Of a stretch of 64,000 bases of DNA, positions 38,665 to 47,326 are shown one piece after another. Every line of letters begins with the position of its first letter. The stretch's first letter is position 1. Source of the stretch: an uncultured Planctomycetia bacterium. Its GTDB lineage: Bacteria > Planctomycetota > Planctomycetia > Pirellulales > Thermoguttaceae. Under the pieces are notes generated by a model. The model saw nothing but the letters and a program-made list of their open reading frames with translations, did no database searches and was not told where the DNA came from. Location: contig CAVSFO010000019.1 in assembly GCA_963727245.1 (NCBI GenBank), positions 4,371-68,370 of the forward strand, given 5' to 3'. A program made the translations under genes and the position numbers.

Positions 38665-38825
38665 GAAAATTTTTCACGCCAAGGCGCCAAGGCGCAAAGC
38701 CGCAAAGGAAGAAGAGGCGATAGATGAGACAACGTCCTGCTGGGCGCTCCAGTCTTCCCTCTCCTCTCTTCCCCTTCTCCGTTGCTTTGCGCCTTGGCGG
38801 CTTGGCGCCTTCGCGTGGGAATCTT
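38665..38825. repeat. MITE-like inverted repeat (GGCGCCAAGGCGCAAAGCCGCAAAGG family), second locus.
   Basis: Left arm tcacgccaaggcgccaaggcgcaaagccgcaaaggaagaagagg and right arm cctctc..ccgttgctttgcgccttggcggcttggcgccttcgcgtg. Lies 150-310 nt upstream of the guaB start. Confidence 0.6.
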
Positions 38826-39004
38826 TACGCCAGACCCTGCTCGACATGGATGCCGTCCGAGGAAAATTTCGCGACACTCTCGGCTTGCCCGGCAGTGGGG
38901 GAAACAGGGTCGGATACTCCGAGCACCGGAGACCACTGGAAAATCTCCCTCTGGGGCATTAGTCTTGTACTGACGCTGCACTGCGGATCGGGGCCCCGGA
39001 TCGC

Positions 39005-39082
39005 AAGCCCACCGGCTGCGTCCGGTGGGAAAGGAGCGCCGCTTGCCGCTTCAGGTCCCACCGGACGCCGCCGGTGGGCTTA
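39005..39082. repeat. Two copies (opposite orientation) of the CCCACCGG-N7-CCGGTGGG hairpin.
   Basis: aagcccaccggctgcgtccggtgggaa (39005-31) and gtcccaccggacgccgccggtgggctta (39055-82). Confidence 0.5.
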
Positions 39083-39131
39083 GGGGGCGTGAGCCTCCCG
39101 GATTGGACTGCGGAGAATCGTCTTTACTGTC

Positions 39132-39857
39132 ATGCGATATCTGGACCTGACGCTGCCGACGGCGGCGGAGAACCTGGCGCTGGATGAGGCCCTTTTGGAC
39201 GAGGCCGAGGCCGATGCCGCAGAGCAGCCCGCCGAGACCCTGCGGTTCTGGGAATCCCAGCGTCCGATCGTCGTGCTGGGGCGGTCCTCGAAACTCGCCG
39301 CCGAGGTCCGCAGCGAGGTCTGCCGGGAGTTGGACATCGCCGTCTTGCGTCGCAGCAGCGGCGGGGCGGCGGTCGTGGCCGGGCCGGGATGTCTCATGTA
39401 CGCACTGGTGCTGAGCCTGAAGCGGCGTCCGGCGCTGCGGTCGGTGGGCTTGGCCCATAGCTTCGTGCTGGAGATGCTGGCCGCGGCCCTGCGGCCGCTG
39501 GCGCCGGCGATCAGCCGCCGCGGCATCAGCGACCTGGCCCTGGCCGAGCGCAAGGTCTCCGGCAACAGCCTGCGGGTGAAGCAGAGTCACCTGCTTTATC
39601 ACGGCACGCTGCTGTACGACTTTCCCCTGGAGTTGATCGGCCGGGTGTTGGCGATGCCGCCCCGTCAGCCCGACTATCGCCTGCGGCGGCCGCACGACGC
39701 CTTCGTAACGAACCTGCCGCTTGGGGTCGCGTCGATCCGCCGGGCGGTGGCCGAAATGTTGAAGGCCGACGAGCCGTATTCGGACTGGCCGCAGGCCCGC
39801 ACCGCGGCGTTGGCCGCCGAAAAATACAGCCGTCCGGAGTGGAACGGGCAGCGCTAG
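39132..39857 (+). CDS. Lipoate-protein ligase / octanoyltransferase family protein (BPL/LplA/LipB catalytic domain).
   Basis: RRSSGGAAVV motif and the conserved Lys region ERKVSGNSLRV...LYHGTLLYD. Confidence 0.75.
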   Translation: MRYLDLTLPTAAENLALDEALLDEAEADAAEQPAETLRFWESQRPIVVLGRSSKLAAEVRSEVCRELDIAVLRRSSGGAAVVAGPGCLMYALVLSLKRRPALRSVGLAHSFVLEMLAAALRPLAPAISRRGISDLALAERKVSGNSLRVKQSHLLYHGTLLYDFPLELIGRVLAMPPRQPDYRLRRPHDAFVTNLPLGVASIRRAVAEMLKADEPYSDWPQARTAALAAEKYSRPEWNGQR

Positions 39858-39934
39858 GGGGTCGGACCCGAGCCGGAGGCGTCAGCCTCCGGATAACGGG
39901 CGCCCGAAGGCGGAAGGCGGAAGGAAGGTGAGCC

Positions 39935-40363
39935 ATGTTTTACCTGCTGTTGCTTGCTGGGGCCTTGATCGTCGCGGTGCTGTTGGCCGTCCCTATCTGG
40001 ACGTTTCGTACCATCGCCGTGCGAGGTCTTCCTGCATGGTGGGGACGGCTGGCTGCGATCGCGCTCTTGCTGGGGGCCGTCTGCGGCTTCACCTCCGGCT
40101 GCGTAGTGACTTGGCAGGTCAGCGACGGCGAGCGATACGTGGGATTTCCCATACCGGCAGTGCTGCTGCTGAAGGAGCACGGGCGATGGGTGGACTATGA
40201 GGGATTCCTCACTCTCATGGCCCCCTACCTCGACGCCCTGCTGGTGGCGACTGTCTTCATCTTGCCGGTTTCGCTTGTGCTTCTTTTCCGCCGCCGACAC
40301 CGCGCGTCTGCTGCACAAGACGCCGCCGGGCGTAGTGCAGAGGGCCGTGGGGCGGTAGAATGA
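39935..40363 (+). CDS. Small membrane protein, function unknown.
   Basis: 142-aa ORF with 4 hydrophobic segments. No family recognised. Confidence 0.45.
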   Translation: MFYLLLLAGALIVAVLLAVPIWTFRTIAVRGLPAWWGRLAAIALLLGAVCGFTSGCVVTWQVSDGERYVGFPIPAVLLLKEHGRWVDYEGFLTLMAPYLDALLVATVFILPVSLVLLFRRRHRASAAQDAAGRSAEGRGAVE

Positions 40364-40490
40364 ATTCGCAGTTCAACGTTGGCCCCGTTGCCCAGGGCCG
40401 GCGTCGCCATTGCTGCCGCGGCCCATCGGCCGTACAATAGCGGGCTGAATCGCTTGGCGCCACACGAGGCAAGAAAGAGGAAATTCTTCC

Positions 40491-41009
40491 ATGCGATGCT
40501 TTCGATGCAAATTCGCTCTGCTGGCCGGCTTGGCAATGTGTGCCGCGGCCGCGGAGGCCGTCGCCCAATCGCCCGGCCTGCTGGCCCAGGGCCCCGGGCC
40601 GGAATCCTATGCAAGCTGGGTGATAAGGTGCCTCGGGATCTTTGGTCTGTCGACGGTGCTGGCGGGCGTGGCCATATTTATCGGCGCGTGCCTCGTCGTG
40701 TGTCTGGCGCACCGTCCGGCAGTCATCGCGGCCTACCTGGTCTTTCTTCTCTTGCCGTTATTGCTCGGCGCCCTTCGGGCGCTTAGGGGGTGCGTCTCTT
40801 CGTTTGCAGTCATTGCAGTATCCGGCGCCCAGCTTAAGCAATCGCAAATCTTCGCCGGCCTGTCAGAATCCTTGCTGTTTCTTTTGAGCGCTCTGGCGAT
40901 AACCCTGCCGTCCTACTTCGTGCTCGCCGTCGGCCTCTTCGTTCGCACGCTGCTGGCGGATGAGCGGCCGCCGACCGACGGCCGCAGGGCAGCCGCGATC
41001 AGCCACTGA
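40491..41009 (+). CDS. Membrane protein, function unknown.
   Basis: 172-aa ORF with a signal-like N-terminus and 3-4 TM segments. No family recognised. Confidence 0.5.
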   Translation: MRCFRCKFALLAGLAMCAAAAEAVAQSPGLLAQGPGPESYASWVIRCLGIFGLSTVLAGVAIFIGACLVVCLAHRPAVIAAYLVFLLLPLLLGALRALRGCVSSFAVIAVSGAQLKQSQIFAGLSESLLFLLSALAITLPSYFVLAVGLFVRTLLADERPPTDGRRAAAISH

Positions 41010-41023
41010 GTGAAGAATCCTCC

Positions 41024-42340
41024 ATGCCGCGCCGCAACCTGCTCTGTCTGCTCTTGATGACCGTGGTCTCGCTGGCCTGTTATTGCCAGGCGCAGCGGAA
41101 CCGTTATAGCCGCTCGCTGGGCAACGTGCTCGATGAAATCTCGCGGCGCTACTACGAGCCGGTCGACGACGCCAAGCTGTACGAAGGGGCCGTCGAGGGA
41201 ATGGTCGACCGGCTGGGCGACGATTACTCGGCCTACATCACCCCCGCGCAGAAGGACGAGTTCGAAGCGGAGATCAACAAGCACTTCGAAGGCGTGGGGA
41301 TGGAGGTGTCGCTGGACCCGAAGACCAAGCAGTTGACCGTGCGGACGCCGCTGGTCGGCTCGCCGGCCTACGAGGCGGGCGTGCGGGCCGGCGACCGCAT
41401 CCTCAAAGTCGACGGCCGCAGCACCCAGGGCATGTCGTTGCGGGACGCCATCGGCCTCCTGCACGGCCGGCCCGGCACCACGGTCGCGATCGCGGTCCTC
41501 CACGAGGGCGAAAAGCTGCCGGTCGAGTTGAAGATGGTGCGCAAGACCATCGTGGTCGATACGGTGTGCGGCGACACCCGCAACGCCGACGGCTCCTGGA
41601 ATTTCCTCCTCCCCGGCCACGACCGCGTCGGCTACGTCCGCATCCTGGGTTTCGCCGAGAATACGGCCGACGACCTCAGGCAGGCCCTCGACGGGCTCGT
41701 GGCCCAGCGGATGGGCGGCCTGGTGCTCGATCTGCGCGGCAACCCGGGCGGACTGCTGCCCAGCGCCGTGTGCGTCTGCGACTTGTTCCTTTCCAGCGGC
41801 GTGATCGTGAGCACGCGCGGCCGCGACAAGCAGATCCTCGAGATCAGGCAAGCCAGCGGCCGCGGCCCGTTCACCGGCTTTCCCCTGGCCGTGCTCATCA
41901 ATCAGTACAGCGCCAGTGCCGCCGAGATCGTGGCGGCCTGCTTGCAGGACAACCATCGCGCGGTGATTGTCGGCCAGCGCAGCTTCGGCAAAGGGACGGT
42001 GCAAGAATTAACCGACTTGGGCGACCGCCGCGGCGAGCTGAAATTGACCGTGGCCAGCTACTGGCGTCCCAGCGGCGAGAACATCCATCGCCGTCACGGC
42101 GCCGGCGAAAAGGAGATCTGGGGCGTCGTGCCCGATCGCGGCTACGAAGTCAAGGTCGAGGGGGAGGAGTTGGAGCGACTCGAGCGCTGGCGGCAGCAGC
42201 GCAACGTCTATCGCCCGCTGCCCGCCGAGAAAACCGCCGCTGCAGGCCATCCGGCCGAGGCGCCACCCGATCGCCAGTTGGCCAAGGCCGTCGCCTACAT
42301 CGAGGGTGCGGTGAAGCAAGAGGCGGCCAGGCGGCCGTAG
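41024..42340 (+). CDS. ctpA: Carboxy-terminal processing (S41) peptidase with a PDZ domain.
   Basis: PDZ region (GSPAYEAGVRAGDRILKVDG). S41 motifs LDLRGNPGG, SASAAEI and GKGTVQ. Confidence 0.9.
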   Translation: MPRRNLLCLLLMTVVSLACYCQAQRNRYSRSLGNVLDEISRRYYEPVDDAKLYEGAVEGMVDRLGDDYSAYITPAQKDEFEAEINKHFEGVGMEVSLDPKTKQLTVRTPLVGSPAYEAGVRAGDRILKVDGRSTQGMSLRDAIGLLHGRPGTTVAIAVLHEGEKLPVELKMVRKTIVVDTVCGDTRNADGSWNFLLPGHDRVGYVRILGFAENTADDLRQALDGLVAQRMGGLVLDLRGNPGGLLPSAVCVCDLFLSSGVIVSTRGRDKQILEIRQASGRGPFTGFPLAVLINQYSASAAEIVAACLQDNHRAVIVGQRSFGKGTVQELTDLGDRRGELKLTVASYWRPSGENIHRRHGAGEKEIWGVVPDRGYEVKVEGEELERLERWRQQRNVYRPLPAEKTAAAGHPAEAPPDRQLAKAVAYIEGAVKQEAARRP

Positions 42341-42359
42341 CTTATTTCGTCTTGACGCC

Positions 42360-44015
42360 TCAGCGGCCGATCGGGTCGCCGCCGGTCGCGGGGCGATCCG
42401 TGCGGCGGCCGCAGCGGCTTGCCGCGGCGTTCCAGCGCTCGACCTGGAAGCTCCGCCAGTCGCCTTCCGCCGCATAGCTGACCGCGCATACGTCGCTGTG
42501 CCGGTAACGCGCCAGGATCTCTGCGCGCGATAGCTCGGGAATGCCGGACGGCGGCCAGGCGAAGGGGCAGCCGGGCGTGTTCACGCGGATCAGCTCGCGA
42601 TGGAATGCCGACACGCCGTTGCGCCACATGTTGGGGCTCCACATCAGACCCGGCGGGCCGTAGGAGTCGGGCAAGTCGACCACGACCAGGGGCGTGCGGG
42701 CGTCGCCGGGGGCAGCGGCCTCGATGGTGCGCCAGACGGCCTGCGACTGCCGATAGGCCCCCTGGTAAAGATCGGCCCGCTGCCAGGCCCAGCAGGCATG
42801 GAGGCCTAGCACGGCGGCCAGCAGGCCGACTTTGCCGGCCCGCGACTTCCACGGAGCGACCGCCAGCACGGCGGCGGCGAAGAAGAACGGCGAGCTGAAA
42901 TAGTAGTAGCGCGACGTTGGCGCGGCGAAGAAGACATAGGGGAGTTGGCAGAGGAGAAAAATGCCCACCAAGAGAGCTATTCGCGCGTCGCTGCGACAGC
43001 GAACCGCCAGGAAGACCATGAGCACCAGCGCGAGCCCCAGGCCGGCGGCCGACCAGTAGAAGGCGGCCAGCCCATTGGGATAGAGGCAGCGGATCGGAGA
43101 GGTAAGGAAATAGTACCCCTGGCGAATCGGGTCGAACGACCGCTGGTAGCCGGCCGAGTAGCCGCAGGAGAATTTCACCAGCAGCACGCCGATCCAAGCG
43201 ACCGCCGTCGGCCAGAGAAGGGAAACCGAGCGGCGGAGGGCCGCCGGTAACTGCTCGCAGCATGATACTAGCCCGAAGCGCAAGCGAGGGAGGAACCACG
43301 TCAAACCGTGGCGCAGTGCACCCTCGCTTGCGCTTTGGGCTAGTGTTCTGGGCTCAGTCGGCAGCGGGCGATAGGCGCGGAAGCAGCAGCAGGCCGCGAC
43401 GATGGGCAGCAGCATGATGCCCCAGTCCCAAATCGCCAGCGCCGCCAGTTGCACCAGCGGCGTGCCCCAGCGGACGAGCGTCTCGCCGCGCGGCGGCGGC
43501 GCGGAGAGCGACAACCAGACCGCCGCCAGCACGGTCGCTTCCACCAGGACATAGCCCAGCGAACTTGCCCAGGCGATGGCCTCGAAGCCCGGGGCGCCCA
43601 GGGCAAACAGCATGGTGATGACCCAGGCATAAGGCCGGGCGACCGCCAAGCCCCGGACCAGGATCAGCCACAGGAGCAGGATATTGGCGCCGTGAACCAG
43701 CAGGGCCGCCAGGTGCCACGTGCCGCTGCCGATGACGCCCTGAGCGGTCAGTTTGAACAGCGCGGCCATGACCGGCGAGTAGTGATGCGGCTCGATCGGA
43801 TGCAGCCACGGCACCACGCCGGCGCGAGCGATCAGATTGAAGTCGTCGGAGAGGAAGCCGATCCGCGCCGGTCCGGCGCAGAACAGCCCGGCCGCGGCCA
43901 GCCAGCAGGACAGGATCGCCGCCCCGGTCCAGAGCGTGGACGATCGAGGCGCGGGCGACGACCTGCCGGGCCGCGGCGGTTCCAACGGCGGAATGGTTGC
44001 AGCCTGGACACTCAT
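42360..44015 (-). CDS. Polytopic membrane protein with a C-terminal soluble domain (possibly a GT-C-type glycosyltransferase-like protein), paralog 1.
   Basis: The ATG at 44015 lies inside ORF 42360..44102 (MSVQAATIPPLEPP...). More than 10 hydrophobic segments. Intact frame, but it contains the 78-nt palindromic element at 43267-43344. Function not recognised with confidence. Confidence 0.6.
   Translation of the reverse strand: MSVQAATIPPLEPPRPGRSSPAPRSSTLWTGAAILSCWLAAAGLFCAGPARIGFLSDDFNLIARAGVVPWLHPIEPHHYSPVMAALFKLTAQGVIGSGTWHLAALLVHGANILLLWLILVRGLAVARPYAWVITMLFALGAPGFEAIAWASSLGYVLVEATVLAAVWLSLSAPPPRGETLVRWGTPLVQLAALAIWDWGIMLLPIVAACCCFRAYRPLPTEPRTLAQSASEGALRHGLTWFLPRLRFGLVSCCEQLPAALRRSVSLLWPTAVAWIGVLLVKFSCGYSAGYQRSFDPIRQGYYFLTSPIRCLYPNGLAAFYWSAAGLGLALVLMVFLAVRCRSDARIALLVGIFLLCQLPYVFFAAPTSRYYYFSSPFFFAAAVLAVAPWKSRAGKVGLLAAVLGLHACWAWQRADLYQGAYRQSQAVWRTIEAAAPGDARTPLVVVDLPDSYGPPGLMWSPNMWRNGVSAFHRELIRVNTPGCPFAWPPSGIPELSRAEILARYRHSDVCAVSYAAEGDWRSFQVERWNAAASRCGRRTDRPATGGDPIGR
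43267..43344. repeat. REP-like palindrome (same arms as 10497-10576) lying in frame inside a CDS.
   Basis: actagcccgaagcgcaagcgaggg (43267-90) and ccctcgcttgcgctttgggctagt (43321-44). 78 nt equals 26 codons. It is translated as ...LAQSASEGALRHGLTWFLPRLRFGLV... and is absent from paralog 2. Confidence 0.8.
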
Positions 44016-45556
44016 TGGGCAAGCTCCCGATCGGCCTCGGTGTTCCATCGCTGGACCTTGAAGCTCCGCCAGTCGCCTTCCGCGGCATAGCTGACCGCGC
44101 AAACGTCACTGTGCCGGTAACGCGCCAGGATCTCTGCGCGATAGCTCGGGAATGCGGGACGCCGGCCAGGCCAGTGGGCAGCCGGGCGTGTTCACGCGGA
44201 TCAGGTCCCCACGGAATGCCGGCAGCCCGTTGCGCCACATGTTGGGGCCCCACATCAGGCCCGGCGGGCCGTAGGAGTCGGGCAAGTTGACCACGACCAG
44301 GGGCGTGCCGGCGTTGCGGGGGCCAATGGCCTCGATGGCCCGCCAGACGGCCTGCGACTGCCGATAGGCCCCGTCATAAAGGCCGGCCCGCTGCCAGGCC
44401 CAGCAGGCGTGAAGGACCAGCACGGCGGCCAGCAGGCCGATTTTCGCGGTGCGGAACTTCCACGGCGCGACCGCCAGCACGGCGGCGGCGAAGAAGAATG
44501 GCGAGCTGAAATAGAAGTAGCGCGACGTTGGCGCGGAGAGGAAGACATAAGGGAGTTGGCAGAAAAGAAAAATGCCCACGAGCAAGGGTATTCGCGCATC
44601 GCTGCGACAGCGGACTGCCAGGAACGCCATGAGCACCAGCGCGAGCCCCAAGCCGGCGGCCGACCAGTAGAACGCGGCCAGCCCATTGGGATAGAGACAG
44701 CGGAGCGGAGAGGTGAGGAAATAGTACGCGTAGCGAACCGGGTCCAACGACGGGTGGTAGCCGACCGCTTGGCCGCAGCAATACTTGACCAGGAGCACGC
44801 CGATCCACGCGATCGCCGTCGGCCAGAGGAGGGAAACACAGCGGCGGCAGGCCGCCCGGACGATACCCGGCGGAAGGCGGAAGGAAGGCGGCCGGTCAGT
44901 CGGCAACCGGCGATAGGCGCGGAAACAGCAGCAGGCCGCGACGATGGGCAGCAGCATGATGCCCCAGCCCCAAATCGCCAGCGCCGCCAGTTGCACCAAG
45001 GGCGTGCCCCAGCGCACCAGCGCCTCGCCGCGCGGCGTCGTCGCGGAGAGCGACAACCAGACGGCGGCCAGCACGGTCGCTTCCACCAGGACATAGCCCA
45101 GGCAGCAGGCCCAGGCGATGGCCTCGAAGCCCGGGCGCTCAAGGCGAACAGCATGGTGATGACCCAGGCGTAAGGCCGGGCGACCGCCAGGCCGCGGACC
45201 AGGATCAGCCACAGGAGGACGATATTTACGCCGTGGGCCAGCAGCGCGAGCAGATGCCAGGTGCCGCTGCCGATGACGCCCAGGGCGGTCAGCTTGAACA
45301 GCGCGGCGATGACCGGCGAGTAGTGTTGCGCCTCGACCGGGTGCAGCCAGGGCGTCGCCCCGGCGCGGGCGATCAGATCGAAGTCGTCGGAGAGGAAGCC
45401 GATCCGCGCCGGTCCGGCGCAGAACATCCCGGCCGCGGCCAGCCAGCAGGACAGGATCGCCGCCCCGGTCCAGATCGCTGACGACACAGGGGCGGGGGAC
45501 GAATTGCCGGGCCACGGCGGTTCCAGCGGCGGACAAATCGCGGCCTGGGCACTCAT
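44012..45556 (-). CDS. Polytopic membrane protein, paralog 2 (tandem), with two apparent frameshifts.
   Basis: Starts at MSAQAAICPPLEPP (ATG 45556). The first break is at GGG 45133-45135, where paralog 1 has GGGG (43591-94). The second is a missing GC near 44139, where paralog 1 has gcgcgcg. The repaired frame ends ...FKVQRWNTEADRELAQ* with its stop overlapping the paralog 1 ATG (ATGA at 44012-44015). Confidence 0.6.
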
Positions 45557-45684
45557 CGGGCAAGCTCCGCATCGGCCTGGGGGGGCGGCATGACAACGGG
45601 TGCGATATCTTCCCAAAGCGGCGGTTTCGGGGCAAGGGCAGAATCAAGCAGCCCCGGGCCCGAAGAGAGCCACCTTAACCGGGG

Positions 45685-45969
45685 TTAGGCGACGAGGCCC
45701 AGGCCGCGCAGCCGCTCGATCCACTCGTCCACCGTCATGTCGCAGATTGCCAAGAGAAGGCAATTGTGCGGGCTCAGGTGCAACAGGTGAGGAATGTGGT
45801 CGTGTCCGGAAGACTTGCTCGAGCCGCGGCGGATTCCAAACGACGCTACGCGCACGTTGTCGTGGTACACAACGGCGAGATCGTGCGCCTTCCTGCCGGA
45901 CCGGATTTCCGCGTGCAGCTTGCCCACAAGCATGTCCGCGTGTGCGCGCGTGATGATCGTATGGCCCAT
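45685..45969 (-). CDS. Small (94 aa) protein, candidate toxin partner of the upstream HicB-like gene. Family not recognised.
   Basis: The intact ORF starts 1 nt after the upstream stop. Contains GHDHIP and CDMTVDEWIERL segments. It lacks the HicA pattern as I recall it. Confidence 0.45.
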   Translation of the reverse strand: MGHTIITRAHADMLVGKLHAEIRSGRKAHDLAVVYHDNVRVASFGIRRGSSKSSGHDHIPHLLHLSPHNCLLLAICDMTVDEWIERLRGLGLVA

Positions 45970-45970
45970 A

Positions 45971-46372
45971 TTACCGTCGTCGGATGGAGCTTTGCAGCAC
46001 TGCTAGCTGGCGTTTCGCCTCCACGCCCAGCCGCTCCGCCGGCTCCGACTCAAGGTCCTCCAGGACCATGAGCATGACTTCCTTGAGGCCGTCGATCGCG
46101 TCTTGTTCGGTGTCTCCGGATGCAGAGATGTTAGCATCGAACACGCTCGCCACATATCCGTCGCCGACTGGCCGAACGACCGCTTGGAGGGGGCCGACAA
46201 CGTCAAAAGGCTCCGGCGCAAAGCTGTTGATCGGAACCACCAGGGTCGTCTGGAGCTTTTCAAGGTCCGTCCTCAGGTCTCGGACCTCCCGTTCGAGTGC
46301 GGCAAGTCGGAAGTTTCGCCGCAGGGCTTCCGCCGCCCCGAGCGGATCAGAGACGATGACGACGTTGGGCAT
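45971..46372 (-). CDS. HicB-like (UPF0150 fold) antitoxin-type protein with an N-terminal coiled-coil segment.
   Basis: The ATG at 46372 lies inside ORF 45971..46558. The segment YVASVFDANISASGDTEQDAIDGLKEVMLMVLEDL matches the HicB N-domain pattern (..GY.a.vpdl.g..t.GdT.eEA..nlkeA....le). Confidence 0.55.
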   Translation of the reverse strand: MPNVVIVSDPLGAAEALRRNFRLAALEREVRDLRTDLEKLQTTLVVPINSFAPEPFDVVGPLQAVVRPVGDGYVASVFDANISASGDTEQDAIDGLKEVMLMVLEDLESEPAERLGVEAKRQLAVLQSSIRRR

Positions 46373-46520
46373 CCGGCCGCGCTCTGTCTCAAGGCCGCGC
46401 TCCGAAAAACGAAGTCCGTGGTGTTGAGACGTTCTTGGTTGTCCATTCCGGGGCGTCCCGCGAAATTGACTCGGCACCGGTTGGAAAAAGGCGATTGATA
46501 TTGCGTTGTCGCGACATTGT

Positions 46521-47163
46521 TTATGCTCGACGGGTCTTTTCCAAGACGAAGCGGTCAAACCCGTCCTGCACCGTGCGGACGGCGCGTTCCAGGAAGTCGT
46601 TTTCGATGGCCGCCTCCTCGAACGCAGAGATCATCACGTCCACGCTCTCCAAATCGGAACTGACCTTCCATTCGAGTTCCGTGAACGGCTCTGCGCCTGA
46701 CAGACATGGTCGCCCCCGTAAAGGTCAACTCAGCACCCCCGGTGGACATCGCAATTCCGAAAGCCGCAGATATGATTCCCCGCTCGGGCAACATTACTCG
46801 GGGGATATCAAACTCGCCGTCGACAACGCGAGCGGTTTTGAACCCGCCTATATTCTCTACGACCTCCTCTATGGCCGCTTGGACTTCCTCGATTGAATCG
46901 CCTGTCCTTGGAGGGGCGCCCTTGAAATAGCTTTCCCGCGCCAAATGCACGTCGATCCGAACGGTCCGGCTACGCACCTTCACGACCCTAAGGCGTACCC
47001 AGCTACGTCCCTCAGCAGGACCATACAAAGCCTGGAGCGGCCGACGCGCCAATTCATCGGCCCATTTTGGGAGACTCTCGTCGGTCGGATAAAATCCTGT
47101 GGCGACGGTAACCGTTCTGAGGAACTGGTTCTGGCCACACATATCGGGAAGGATGAGCGACAC
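46521..47163 (-). CDS. Hypothetical protein (about 213 aa after repair), with one apparent frameshift near 46705.
   Basis: ORF 46555..47163. After ...TFTGATMS the alternative frame reads SGAEPFTELEWKVSSDLESVDVMISAFEEAAIENDFLERAVRTVQDGFDRFVLEKTRRA* with its stop at 46521-23. This is far more protein-like than the Arg/Gly tail in the track. Confidence 0.45.
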
Positions 47164-47326
47164 GGCTTTGCCCGGCTACGGGAGATAGTTTGCGTGAAAT
47201 GAGTTGGCGCCTCCGCGAAGCAATTCTAGCGTAACACCAGCAAGGTACAACAGCAATTCCCAGTACCCCATCCGGCGGGTGGGAGCTGCCGTTGGAATCG
47301 GATGATACGGGCCTGCGCGGCCAACT

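Noticed and set aside
38586-38981. 131-aa minus-strand ORF in the guaB-lplA intergenic region. Other ORFs of about 60-180 aa occur in repeat-rich spacers (for example 58211-58636, 59670-60203, 52768-53619, 32286-32546).
   Set aside because: They are composed largely of translated palindromic repeats (for example ...RRQAAKAQS..., ...LCALAPWREK...). They have no start context and no protein-like composition.
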